Below are positions 18,220-27,487 of a DNA stretch of 42,488 nucleotides, piece after piece. Made by a program: the position numbers and the translations under genes. The stretch covers positions 1-42,488 of the forward strand of contig CALVIF010000002.1 in NCBI GenBank assembly GCA_944329395.1, written 5' to 3'. How positions within the stretch are numbered: position 1 is the stretch's first letter; each line of letters opens with the position of its first letter. This DNA is from an uncultured Bacilli bacterium (GTDB lineage: Bacteria; Bacillota_I; Bacilli_A; RF39; UBA660). The notes under the pieces were generated by a model, which was not told the origin of the DNA, searched no databases, and saw only the letters and a list, made by a program, of their open reading frames with translations.

Positions 18220-19371
18220 TTAAGCTGCATAAACAAAAGCCATGTAAAGAACAAAGATTAAAAATATTGTTGCGACAATAGAACCATTTATTTTTTCAAA
18301 TGTTGTACTTTTATCTTTTACTCCTAAAGCTATTGTTATTAAAGTACCACCTATTAAACCACCAATATGAGCAAAATTATCAATATTTGGAATAATAAAG
18401 CCTATCATTAAATTAACCAAAATTAATGGAATAATTTGACTTTTTACAACATTTCCTAAGTATACTCTATAATAATATCCAAAATATAATAATGCTCCCA
18501 TTAATCCAAAAATTGCTCCACTTGCACCTACTGAAGCAGTATTACCTCCAAAAGTCATAGAGAATAATGCACCAATTAGGCCACTAAATAAATATATTAT
18601 CGTAAATTTCCATTTACCAAAGAAACTTTCAAGTTGACTACCAAGAACATACAAGGCATAACAATTAAATGCAATGTGTGTTAGTCCACTATGAATAAAT
18701 ATTCCAGTTAATAAACGATATAATTGCCCAGCACGTATGCTTGGACCATGAATACAAAAATATTCTATAAATACGTTATAATTAGTAAAGAATATTCCAA
18801 AAATATATATAACTATGTTTATGGCAATTAAAATGTATGTAATTACTGGAATCTTTTGTTTAAATATTTTTTCTATTCTTTTAGCATCTTCTTTATTATG
18901 CTTATTTATATCACCAGTTATCTTCATAAATAATTCTACACCTTGTTCTGTAAATTTTAATTTCTTATTCAAATCCGGAAAAGCTTTCTTAATTTCAGCA
19001 CTTTTTTCCAAATCAGTTTCTTCTGTTACCTTTATGCAAATTGCATTTGAGGCTTCATTTAAATTTGAGGTAACATTATCGCCTAAATTTAAAAATATAC
19101 TCATTACATTTAAATTAAATGATAGTGTTTTTTTCTTTATTTTTTTCATTATTCTTTTTGTTTTAAATTTATCAAAATCAAATTGTTCATTATTATGAAT
19201 ATATCCAGAAACAATTCGAACTATTTTATAATCTTCATCTAAATTCTCTAGCCATATTTCGTTTTCAACACCTTGAAGAATTATGGGATTATAATTCTTT
19301 TCAGTTATAAAATAATGTAATAGTTTCATTGTTATTGTATTTTTTTTGTCTAACATTATTTCTGTTTCCAT
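18220..19371 (-). CDS. Rhomboid family intramembrane serine protease with an N-terminal cytoplasmic domain of about 175 aa
   Basis: HSGLTHIAFN, catalytic Ser in GASGAIFGLMGA and His in FAHIGGLIGG. The track start is 19410, but the ATG at 19371 follows AGGAGGgaaataATG. Confidence 0.85.
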   Translation of the reverse strand: METEIMLDKKNTITMKLLHYFITEKNYNPIILQGVENEIWLENLDEDYKIVRIVSGYIHNNEQFDFDKFKTKRIMKKIKKKTLSFNLNVMSIFLNLGDNVTSNLNEASNAICIKVTEETDLEKSAEIKKAFPDLNKKLKFTEQGVELFMKITGDINKHNKEDAKRIEKIFKQKIPVITYILIAINIVIYIFGIFFTNYNVFIEYFCIHGPSIRAGQLYRLLTGIFIHSGLTHIAFNCYALYVLGSQLESFFGKWKFTIIYLFSGLIGALFSMTFGGNTASVGASGAIFGLMGALLYFGYYYRVYLGNVVKSQIIPLILVNLMIGFIIPNIDNFAHIGGLIGGTLITIALGVKDKSTTFEKINGSIVATIFLIFVLYMAFVYAA

Positions 19372-19437
19372 TATTTCCCTCCTAAAAATATTAATATTAT
19401 TATATAACAAAACATAGAATAAAGAAAGAGGTGTTTT

Positions 19438-19896
19438 ATGTTAAAAAATTGTATTATCTTTATTCTTTTATTATTTCCTTGGTTTATAACAAGTGCTTTT
19501 CCTATTGATTATAATTACTATGATTCTTTAAATTTGCCTTTTTTTGCACCACCTAAATTGTTTTATGGTATAGCATGGCCTTTAGTATATATATTAATTA
19601 CTATAAGTATATTTCAGATTATTAATAGTTTTAAATTAAGTGATATACCAAAGTCTTATAAAATAACTCTTTTTATTAATTATCTTTTTAATCAGTCATA
19701 TACAATTATTGGTTTTGGTTTAAAAAACAATTTTTTAGGTTTTGTAAGTTGTTTAGGTACTTTTATTTCTTGTTTATTTTTAGTTGTTGAAACGAAAGAA
19801 TTAAAAGAAAAAAGTACTATGTATTTATTACCATATGTACTTTTATCATTTTTTGCTACAATACTTTCTTTTTCAATTTATATAATGAATATTTAA
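19438..19896 (+). CDS. tspO: TspO/MBR family (tryptophan-rich sensory protein-like) membrane protein
   Basis: Five hydrophobic helices in 152 aa. N-terminal pattern PWF...LNLPFFAPPKLFYGIAWPLVYIL is typical of TspO. SD aaGAGGTGttttATG. Confidence 0.7.
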   Translation: MLKNCIIFILLLFPWFITSAFPIDYNYYDSLNLPFFAPPKLFYGIAWPLVYILITISIFQIINSFKLSDIPKSYKITLFINYLFNQSYTIIGFGLKNNFLGFVSCLGTFISCLFLVVETKELKEKSTMYLLPYVLLSFFATILSFSIYIMNI

Positions 19897-21700
19897 TTTA
19901 TTTATCTAAGATAAAGAATTCATCTTTTTCATTGTTTTGATACTCATCTATTATAGCTATTGTTTTATTAAATTCTTCTTCTAATTCTTGAAAATGATTA
20001 TTAATATAATTTAAATCTTTTTCTTTACTCTTTAATTCATGTTCATATGCTATATTGGCCAAATTCATAAAGCCTAAATATTTACAATCACTTTTTAATG
20101 AGTGTACTTCTATCGCATAGTTTTCTAAATCCGATGTTGTTTTATAACTTCTTATTCTTAACCATTTATTATTTGCTTCGCTTGAAAAGTCTTTTAATGT
20201 CATATTATACATTTCCATATCACCTAAAAGTTCTAAAGCTTTTTTTAAGTCTACTCCTTTTTTTATTAAGAATTTCTCTTTTTCTTTTCCTAGTTCTTCT
20301 TGTCTTAAATTTTCTTCTAATTTATTAATTTTAGGAATATTTTGTGTATTTTCTAGAATTTCTTCAATATTTTCTTCTACTGGTATGACAAGATTTTTTT
20401 TATCTTTTTCTATTTTTGTATACTCTTTAACTGGTAATGTTTCTTTTTCTTCTAATATTTCTAATTCTTCAATTGGTTCTATTATTTTTTTTGATGGTAT
20501 AACTGATGAATTTAAAACTTTATTCATAACTTTTATTAAAGAGTCTTTTTCAATTGGCTTAGCTAAATAATCATTAAAGCCATCAGCTATATATTTTTCT
20601 TTCATTCCTGTTATAGCGTTAGCCGTTAATGCGATTACTGGTATTTTAAATTGTGGGTTTTCTTTTAATTTCTTTAGTGTTTCTACGCCTGTCATCTTAG
20701 GCATCATGTCATCCATTAAAATGACATCATAATCTTCTCCATTATTTATCTTTTCTATACAACTAAAACCACTTTCACAACAGCTTATATTAGTTGCATT
20801 AAAACGCTGTAGCAATTTTGTGGCAACTTTTAAATTTAGTGTGTTATCATCAACTATTAAGATTTTTTTATTTTTTAAATCTAGTGTTGTAGGAATTACT
20901 TGTACTACTGGTTTTACAGCAATTTTTTCTATTGGCTGATTTAAAACTACTGTAAATTTAGAGCCTTCTCCATAGACTGTATGAACAATTATTTTTCCAC
21001 CCATTAATTCTATTAATTGTTTAGTTATAGCAAGTCCTAAGCCGGTTCCTTCAATTGTGGTATTTCTATCTTCTTCTAAACGTTGAAACTTTGTAAATAA
21101 TTTATTAATGTTTTCTTGTTTTATTCCACGTCCTGAATCTTCAACGGAAATTATTATTTTTGATATGTTTTCTGTATTTATACAGTTAACTTCGTAGCGA
21201 ACAAAGCCTTTATCTGTATATTTTGAGGCATTACTTAATAAATTTGTGACAATTTTTTTAATATTAGCGTGATCTCCATATAAAGTCTGTGGTAAGTCAG
21301 GTGCGATATAATAAGTAAAGTCTAAACCTTTTTCTTGCATCTTAGGTCTTATTAATTTAGCCAATTCCTCAAATGTCGTTTTTGCATTATATGGTGAATT
21401 TACAATTTCTAGTTTACCTGCTTCAATTTTAGAAATATCTAGTATTCCATTTACTATTTCGAGTAATGTATTAGAAGCATTTATTATATCTTTGGCATTT
21501 TCTTTAGCTTCATCTAATGTAGAAGCATGATTAATACAATCACTAAAACCTACTATAGCATTTAATGGGGTTCTTATTTCGTGAGACATACTTGATAAAA
21601 ATTCTGTTTTAGCTTTATTTGCCTTATCAGCTTGTTCTTTGGCTAATTGTAATTGATTAATTATTTTAATATCTGGATTTTCTATTGTAAAATAAGTTAA
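19886..21700 (-). repeat. Direct repeat copy A (cytoplasmic half of the HK gene); core 19945..21534 is 100% identical to 24955..26544
   Basis: Manual line-by-line alignment at an offset of 5,010 nt shows 0 mismatches over 1,590 bp. There are 4 mismatches in 19929-19944 and about 1 mismatch per 8-10 nt from 21535 to about 21700. Beyond that only weak similarity remains. Confidence 0.95.
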
Positions 21701-22354
21701 AATAGTAATAAAGGTTGCTGCTGACGTTACTAATAAGTATTGTGGAAAGGAAGACTGAATTACAGCAGCAATTCCAGCAACAATTATAAATGCCAGTACT
21801 GGAATAAATCTTTTATCACGAATTTGTTTTCTATTATAAATTATGAAAATGCCCCAAGAAATTATACATAAACCAGCTATTGAATAACTTATTAGTGCAG
21901 AAGGCCCATAAGTGAACATAACCTTTCCATCACCATAAACGCCTAATCTTGCAATCATAATAACTAAACTTACAAAGATAAAAATCATTAAAAATAATTT
22001 TGATATTTTTTTAAAATTAAGATAATCCCTATCTGCATTATCAATTATTATATTGGTATTTTTTTTATTAAATGAAATAACAAAAATATAATATGTAAAT
22101 ATAAAAACCCAGGCAATTATAAATACTAAATATGATTTTGCAAATATATTTGTAATAATCGATTGAGGATTACATAAACCTAATAATACGCTTATACAAT
22201 CAACAATTAGTGTTATAAAATTTACAATAATTAATGATGAATATATTTTATTTTCTAATGTATTTATTTTCTTTTTACAAAAGTAAACTAATCCAATTAA
22301 AATTATATAGAATAGACTTGCTATTTGAAAAAAGAAGCTTGTAAAACTTATCAT
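19898..22354 (-). CDS. Hybrid sensor histidine kinase (multi-TM sensor, HisKA, HATPase_c, REC, HPt), paralog 1
   Basis: About 6-7 TM helices in the first 225 aa or so. H-box [10 protein letters not shown]-box [10 protein letters not shown]1 DSGRGI, G2 GTGLGLAI. Receiver ILIVDDN...[12 protein letters not shown]...LTANA. HPt motif [11 protein letters not shown]. Confidence 0.9.
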   Translation of the reverse strand: MISFTSFFFQIASLFYIILIGLVYFCKKKINTLENKIYSSLIIVNFITLIVDCISVLLGLCNPQSIITNIFAKSYLVFIIAWVFIFTYYIFVISFNKKNTNIIIDNADRDYLNFKKISKLFLMIFIFVSLVIMIARLGVYGDGKVMFTYGPSALISYSIAGLCIISWGIFIIYNRKQIRDKRFIPVLAFIIVAGIAAVIQSSFPQYLLVTSAATFITILTYFTIENPDIKIINQLQLAKEQADKANKAKTEFLSSMSHEIRTPLNAIVGFSDCINHASTLDEAKENAKDIINASNTLLEIVNGILDISKIEAGKLEIVNSPYNAKTTFEELAKLIRPKMQEKGLDFTYYIAPDLPQTLYGDHANIKKIVTNLLSNASKYTDKGFVRYEVNCINTENISKIIISVEDSGRGIKQENINKLFTKFQRLEEDRNTTIEGTGLGLAITKQLIELMGGKIIVHTVYGEGSKFTVVLNQPIEKIAVKPVVQVIPTTLDLKNKKILIVDDNTLNLKVATKLLQRFNATNISCCESGFSCIEKINNGEDYDVILMDDMMPKMTGVETLKKLKENPQFKIPVIALTANAITGMKEKYIADGFNDYLAKPIEKDSLIKVMNKVLNSSVIPSKKIIEPIEELEILEEKETLPVKEYTKIEKDKKNLVIPVEENIEEILENTQNIPKINKLEENLRQEELGKEKEKFLIKKGVDLKKALELLGDMEMYNMTLKDFSSEANNKWLRIRSYKTTSDLENYAIEVHSLKSDCKYLGFMNLANIAYEHELKSKEKDLNYINNHFQELEEEFNKTIAIIDEYQNNEKDEFFILDK

Positions 22355-22367
22355 ACTTTCACATCCT

Positions 22368-22396
22368 ATTTTCTTATATTATAATACATATTTTTA
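22368..22396 (-). promoter_or_regulatory. Putative sigma-A promoter for HK paralog 1
   Basis: On the minus strand: TAGATA, 17 nt, TATAAT. Confidence 0.4.
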
Positions 22397-22471
22397 ATAA
22401 TATCTAGAAATATAATTAATTACTTGTAATTTTGTTAATGTTTAGTACTAATAAGAATTTGTTTTTTTATG

Positions 22472-22509
22472 ACAAAATAAAAATGTAAACTTTTTTGTGT
22501 TTACATTTT
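22472..22509 (-). terminator. Rho-independent terminator of the 3-gene cassette
   Basis: Perfect 11-bp stem aaaatgtaaac / gtttacatttt (22480-22490 with 22499-22509), 8-nt loop, followed by UUUUUAUUUU on the minus strand. Confidence 0.7.
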
Positions 22510-22525
22510 TGTTGTAACTTTTTAA

Positions 22526-23509
22526 TTATTTATTTTTTCGCGTATATTTCAATTCCAATTTTTTACCTGATTCTAATCCATGAATTGAACTTATATTAGG
22601 GATAATGTCATAAATATCATCTCTATTAAGGCCTGATGATAAACATATTTTTTCTAATTTATCTACCATTTGACCTCCATCTTCTAAAGCTTTATCATAA
22701 AGATCCAATAATGAATCAGTTGATATTATTTGATCATCCATAGGATTGGTCCACTCTTCATGAGTAAGATTTAAAAATTGTAGTGCTTCTTCGCTATTTC
22801 TATGATATGAGAATGAACTTGTTCCTTTTAGTGCTGGGTCAGCAAAATCAAATATTGCACGTTTAATCCCTGTTGGATCATACTTAAATATTTTCATATA
22901 CATACTTACCTGATTAATGGCTTCAAAAAAACACTGTCCACCATCAACAATTCCATATGTTTCTTGTAGTGATGTATCTAAAACATTAACTAATTGACTA
23001 CTTAATGTAACGTTTCTTAATAAAAAATCTTTATGAACTGGATAAGTATTAGGATTCTTTTTTTCCTTATGTTCCATTAAATATATATCTATTAAATTTT
23101 CAACAATCCCATGCATCCATGTTTGATTATTTGGATTTCTCGTATGATCTCCTGCATAATAAATAATTTGCGGATGTGTATAGGCATCTAATATATGATG
23201 CATTGCATAACCTGGACCAATAAATAGACGTACTTGTTCATCTTCAATTGCTCCATTATTTTTTGCTGCTTTTAAATAATTATAAACAAATTCTGCAAAT
23301 TGGGATTCTTGTAGAAGACTTGAATCAGCTATATTTTGATTTAGTCTTCTTGAATTCCATATTTTATAAAAATTATGATAGATTAAAAAATCATGTCCTT
23401 GGGCAAATATATTAAATTTACCATAATTAGGAAAAGAACTAATAGTTTCTTCGCTTAATTTTTCTTTTAGTTCTTTATAAAAGATATCATGTGTTTTAGG
23501 ACCTGGCAT
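22526..23509 (-). CDS. Zinc-dependent phospholipase C-like family protein, with no signal peptide
   Basis: His-rich metal motifs: N-terminal MPGPKTHD, AQGHDFLIYH and AMHHILDAYTHP. No N-terminal hydrophobic segment. The family call was made by eye. Confidence 0.5.
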   Translation of the reverse strand: MPGPKTHDIFYKELKEKLSEETISSFPNYGKFNIFAQGHDFLIYHNFYKIWNSRRLNQNIADSSLLQESQFAEFVYNYLKAAKNNGAIEDEQVRLFIGPGYAMHHILDAYTHPQIIYYAGDHTRNPNNQTWMHGIVENLIDIYLMEHKEKKNPNTYPVHKDFLLRNVTLSSQLVNVLDTSLQETYGIVDGGQCFFEAINQVSMYMKIFKYDPTGIKRAIFDFADPALKGTSSFSYHRNSEEALQFLNLTHEEWTNPMDDQIISTDSLLDLYDKALEDGGQMVDKLEKICLSSGLNRDDIYDIIPNISSIHGLESGKKLELKYTRKNK

Positions 23510-23522
23510 AAAAACACCTTGC

Positions 23523-24125
23523 TTATTTTTTTATTTTTACTAAAGATGATGAATCTGATTCTTGATAATCTTTAGCCAGACCTTCATAAATAATTTGATC
23601 TTGTAGCAATCCATAAAAATCAAATGGCCTAATATCTTTTACGTCTTTTCCATCAAAAATATTTATACCACTTTCTGTTAAGATTGTTGCTACCCATTGA
23701 GAACAGAAAAAACTATTTGGAATTTGAACCCCTTTTCCATAAATTAACATCGATATTAATCCAGCATAATTAAAATTGTATTGTTCGTGTTTTTCCCAAT
23801 ATTGATCCATTAATGATGATAGTTTATTATACTGATTTTCTGAAATTGATAATTCCATTACAGCAATTCTACTAACGTCAGGTTTTAAAGCGAATATACC
23901 ACTTCTAATATTTTCTTTTACTAAACCAGAATTAAACGGATTTCTTATTTCTTTACGAGCAAAAGACATCATATTATCTAACTTCCTATCACGAGATAGA
24001 GAAATATGTGAATATTGATCTCCTTCATATCTATTCCAAAATTTCATTCCAGCTCTTAGTTTTATAATTTTTCCAGGAATTGTGTCAGTATAACTTGCCA
24101 CAATTTCTATTTTTTTATCAACCAC
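23523..24125 (-). CDS. Permuted papain-like (YiiX/NlpC-P60-like) putative hydrolase
   Basis: His precedes Cys (QYSHISL ... FFCSQWVATIL), as in permuted papain-fold enzymes. GTG start with SD GAGGGGattctaGTG. Confidence 0.4.
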   Translation of the reverse strand: MVDKKIEIVASYTDTIPGKIIKLRAGMKFWNRYEGDQYSHISLSRDRKLDNMMSFARKEIRNPFNSGLVKENIRSGIFALKPDVSRIAVMELSISENQYNKLSSLMDQYWEKHEQYNFNYAGLISMLIYGKGVQIPNSFFCSQWVATILTESGINIFDGKDVKDIRPFDFYGLLQDQIIYEGLAKDYQESDSSSLVKIKK

Positions 24126-24154
24126 TAGAATCCCCTCACAAATTTTATTCTTTT

Positions 24155-24808
24155 TTATTTATATTTTTTTTGAAATGATTTAAAATCTGAAAGAGTTTTT
24201 TCTCCTTCTTTTGTATAAATACTTCCACCTACATATTCTATACCACTTAAAAATGATAAATCTGTCATTTGTTCAACATGCAAGTCTCCTGTTACAACTT
24301 TTAAATTTTCTAATGAATTACTATTAGTTGCTGTTGTTGCATTTAAATTACCAATAATAGCTTCTAAAGATGTTAAGCTACTGAAGTCATGAAGTTTTTG
24401 TAAGTTTGCATCTCCAAATATTAACTTTATTGATTCTAAACTCTCACTTGGAATTGTTCCATCATAATATAAATCATTAGCAAAACATGTAAATTGAGTA
24501 TTTGGTGTTTTTAATTGTGCATCATCAAGTGCCACTAATTCAGCAGGCACTCCAAGATGTTCTACAATTAAATTTTTTCTTTTTGGCGCTATAACACGAG
24601 ATTTATTTATACACTTAATTGCTGTCATATAAGCAGCAGGCATTCTTAATGCATATTTTATTGGACCATATTTTTCATAATATGCATCATCTAATTTACC
24701 TAATTGTCTAGCTCCCTTTTCCATTAATTTATTAAAATCATCATCGTGTACTTTTTTTATATCTGCTAATAATACAATCTTTTCTAGCATAGCATTATCC
24801 ATGCTCAT
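24155..24808 (-). CDS. Hypothetical cytoplasmic protein with a C-terminal leucine-rich-repeat-like region
   Basis: The C-terminal half has repeats of about 22 aa with L-x-x-L/I-x-G-x-L (LESIKLIFGDANLQKL, LTSLEAIIGNLNA, LENLKVVTGDLHV, LSFLSGIEYVGG). An alternative start at ATG 24802 is spaced better from the GGGGGG SD. Confidence 0.4.
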   Translation of the reverse strand: MSMDNAMLEKIVLLADIKKVHDDDFNKLMEKGARQLGKLDDAYYEKYGPIKYALRMPAAYMTAIKCINKSRVIAPKRKNLIVEHLGVPAELVALDDAQLKTPNTQFTCFANDLYYDGTIPSESLESIKLIFGDANLQKLHDFSSLTSLEAIIGNLNATTATNSNSLENLKVVTGDLHVEQMTDLSFLSGIEYVGGSIYTKEGEKTLSDFKSFQKKYK

Positions 24809-24828
24809 CCCCCCTTTGATTTGTACAT

Positions 24829-24857
24829 ATTATATCATATTTCTTTTAATTTTTCAA
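24829..24857 (-). promoter_or_regulatory. Near-consensus sigma-A promoter for the 3-gene cassette
   Basis: On the minus strand: TTGAAA (24857-24852), a 17-nt spacer, TGA and then TATAAT (24834-24829). Confidence 0.55.
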
Positions 24858-24895
24858 GTTTTAGTTTATTTTTAGTTTATTTTTTATCTATATGA

Positions 24896-26710
24896 CTAAT
24901 ATTTAGTTTATTTATCTAAGATAAAGAATTCATCTTTTCCATAGTTTTGGTATTCATCTATTATAGCTATTGTTTTATTAAATTCTTCTTCTAATTCTTG
25001 AAAATGATTATTAATATAATTTAAATCTTTTTCTTTACTCTTTAATTCATGTTCATATGCTATATTGGCCAAATTCATAAAGCCTAAATATTTACAATCA
25101 CTTTTTAATGAGTGTACTTCTATCGCATAGTTTTCTAAATCCGATGTTGTTTTATAACTTCTTATTCTTAACCATTTATTATTTGCTTCGCTTGAAAAGT
25201 CTTTTAATGTCATATTATACATTTCCATATCACCTAAAAGTTCTAAAGCTTTTTTTAAGTCTACTCCTTTTTTTATTAAGAATTTCTCTTTTTCTTTTCC
25301 TAGTTCTTCTTGTCTTAAATTTTCTTCTAATTTATTAATTTTAGGAATATTTTGTGTATTTTCTAGAATTTCTTCAATATTTTCTTCTACTGGTATGACA
25401 AGATTTTTTTTATCTTTTTCTATTTTTGTATACTCTTTAACTGGTAATGTTTCTTTTTCTTCTAATATTTCTAATTCTTCAATTGGTTCTATTATTTTTT
25501 TTGATGGTATAACTGATGAATTTAAAACTTTATTCATAACTTTTATTAAAGAGTCTTTTTCAATTGGCTTAGCTAAATAATCATTAAAGCCATCAGCTAT
25601 ATATTTTTCTTTCATTCCTGTTATAGCGTTAGCCGTTAATGCGATTACTGGTATTTTAAATTGTGGGTTTTCTTTTAATTTCTTTAGTGTTTCTACGCCT
25701 GTCATCTTAGGCATCATGTCATCCATTAAAATGACATCATAATCTTCTCCATTATTTATCTTTTCTATACAACTAAAACCACTTTCACAACAGCTTATAT
25801 TAGTTGCATTAAAACGCTGTAGCAATTTTGTGGCAACTTTTAAATTTAGTGTGTTATCATCAACTATTAAGATTTTTTTATTTTTTAAATCTAGTGTTGT
25901 AGGAATTACTTGTACTACTGGTTTTACAGCAATTTTTTCTATTGGCTGATTTAAAACTACTGTAAATTTAGAGCCTTCTCCATAGACTGTATGAACAATT
26001 ATTTTTCCACCCATTAATTCTATTAATTGTTTAGTTATAGCAAGTCCTAAGCCGGTTCCTTCAATTGTGGTATTTCTATCTTCTTCTAAACGTTGAAACT
26101 TTGTAAATAATTTATTAATGTTTTCTTGTTTTATTCCACGTCCTGAATCTTCAACGGAAATTATTATTTTTGATATGTTTTCTGTATTTATACAGTTAAC
26201 TTCGTAGCGAACAAAGCCTTTATCTGTATATTTTGAGGCATTACTTAATAAATTTGTGACAATTTTTTTAATATTAGCGTGATCTCCATATAAAGTCTGT
26301 GGTAAGTCAGGTGCGATATAATAAGTAAAGTCTAAACCTTTTTCTTGCATCTTAGGTCTTATTAATTTAGCCAATTCCTCAAATGTCGTTTTTGCATTAT
26401 ATGGTGAATTTACAATTTCTAGTTTACCTGCTTCAATTTTAGAAATATCTAGTATTCCATTTACTATTTCGAGTAATGTATTAGAAGCATTTATTATATC
26501 TTTGGCATTTTCTTTAGCTTCATCTAATGTAGAAGCATGATTAACACAATCACTGAAACCGACTATAGCATTTAATGGAGTTCTTATTTCGTGAGACATG
26601 CTTGATAAAAATTCTGTCTTAGCTTTATTTGCCTTATCAGCTTGATCTTTAGCTATTTCTAACTGACTAATCATTTTCGTATCTGGATTTTCTATTGTAA
26701 AATACATTAT
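24896..26710 (-). repeat. Direct repeat copy B (see copy A)
   Basis: Same manual alignment as for copy A. The perfect core is 24955..26544. Confidence 0.95.
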
Positions 26711-27349
26711 AAATGTTACTAAAGCTTCCACAGATGTTAGTAAAATTAAACCTGGAACAAAAAACTGCACAATCATCGCTATTGTTGATAAAACAATTAA
26801 AAACCATAAAGGAATAAACTCTTTACTAGCAATATATTTCTTATTTTTAAGTAATAAACAACACATCACAACTATTCCTAAAACAGCCATAAAATAAGAC
26901 AAATTTACACTTATTCCAGTAGGATATAAAGAAGTTGCATTTTCAATGTACTCTATTGGTAGAAATAAATTAGCAATCGTTAACAATGGTAAAATAAATT
27001 TTATCACAATACCACTATATTTATTGTATTTATTAAGCTCTTCTTTTTTTCTAAAACATACAGCAAATATATATAGTAGAAATAAAATTCCCCATATATC
27101 ATAATAGCAAAAAATTAATTTTGTAATTAATTTATACACACCAGAATTATAATCAACTAAAGAAATTGTCATAAAATATGATACATTGTCTAAAATAAGA
27201 CCAATTAATGATGTAATTACCAATCCAAAATAAATCTTATTTTCATTCCTATAACTAACCTTCTTTATTATACATACAACAAGAAGCATAACAATAAAAA
27301 GTATACTCCCTATTGAAAAAGAAATGTTAGTAAATGATAAATTTTCCAT
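24908..27349 (-). CDS. Hybrid sensor histidine kinase, paralog 2 (same cytoplasmic architecture, divergent TM sensor)
   Basis: The protein is identical to paralog 1 from about [22 protein letters not shown] to near the C-terminus, apart from one I/V change and the last few residues ([12 protein letters not shown] versus [12 protein letters not shown]). The N-terminal 230 aa or so are multi-TM and only weakly similar. SD cGAGGTGcaagaATG. Confidence 0.9.
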   Translation of the reverse strand: MENLSFTNISFSIGSILFIVMLLVVCIIKKVSYRNENKIYFGLVITSLIGLILDNVSYFMTISLVDYNSGVYKLITKLIFCYYDIWGILFLLYIFAVCFRKKEELNKYNKYSGIVIKFILPLLTIANLFLPIEYIENATSLYPTGISVNLSYFMAVLGIVVMCCLLLKNKKYIASKEFIPLWFLIVLSTIAMIVQFFVPGLILLTSVEALVTFIMYFTIENPDTKMISQLEIAKDQADKANKAKTEFLSSMSHEIRTPLNAIVGFSDCVNHASTLDEAKENAKDIINASNTLLEIVNGILDISKIEAGKLEIVNSPYNAKTTFEELAKLIRPKMQEKGLDFTYYIAPDLPQTLYGDHANIKKIVTNLLSNASKYTDKGFVRYEVNCINTENISKIIISVEDSGRGIKQENINKLFTKFQRLEEDRNTTIEGTGLGLAITKQLIELMGGKIIVHTVYGEGSKFTVVLNQPIEKIAVKPVVQVIPTTLDLKNKKILIVDDNTLNLKVATKLLQRFNATNISCCESGFSCIEKINNGEDYDVILMDDMMPKMTGVETLKKLKENPQFKIPVIALTANAITGMKEKYIADGFNDYLAKPIEKDSLIKVMNKVLNSSVIPSKKIIEPIEELEILEEKETLPVKEYTKIEKDKKNLVIPVEENIEEILENTQNIPKINKLEENLRQEELGKEKEKFLIKKGVDLKKALELLGDMEMYNMTLKDFSSEANNKWLRIRSYKTTSDLENYAIEVHSLKSDCKYLGFMNLANIAYEHELKSKEKDLNYINNHFQELEEEFNKTIAIIDEYQNYGKDEFFILDK

Positions 27350-27377
27350 TCTTGCACCTCGATCCTCTACAATATAA

Positions 27378-27406
27378 ATTATAACACGTATATTTACCTA
27401 TTACCA
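27378..27406 (-). promoter_or_regulatory. Putative extended -10 promoter for HK paralog 2
   Basis: On the minus strand: TGGTAA, 17 nt, TATAAT preceded by TGT (TGTTATAAT). Confidence 0.4.
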
Positions 27407-27441
27407 TAAATTTTATTTAGAAAACCATTATAAAAATAATA

Positions 27442-27476
27442 TAAAAAAAGATAACATCTACCACAATATGTTATCT
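27442..27476 (-). terminator. Rho-independent terminator of the acyl-ligase gene
   Basis: 9-bp stem agataacat / atgttatct (27449-27457 with 27468-27476), 10-nt loop, then 7 U on the minus strand. Confidence 0.6.
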
Positions 27477-27487
27477 CTTTATATTAT

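Noticed and set aside
22526-23509. PLC-like protein as a secreted alpha-toxin-type virulence factor
   Set aside because: It has no signal peptide or TM segment and no C-terminal PLAT-like extension. Only the His-rich metal motifs are shared, so it is treated as an intracellular enzyme of unknown substrate.
24860-24890. Short tandem tagtttattttt repeat after the HK2 stop as a regulatory or CRISPR-like repeat
   Set aside because: There are only two imperfect copies in AT-rich spacer DNA, with no spacer and repeat periodicity and no dyad symmetry.
19886-26710. The 1.8-kb repeats as an insertion sequence or composite transposon
   Set aside because: The repeats are direct, not inverted. They consist entirely of histidine-kinase coding sequence, and there is no transposase, integrase or terminal inverted repeat.
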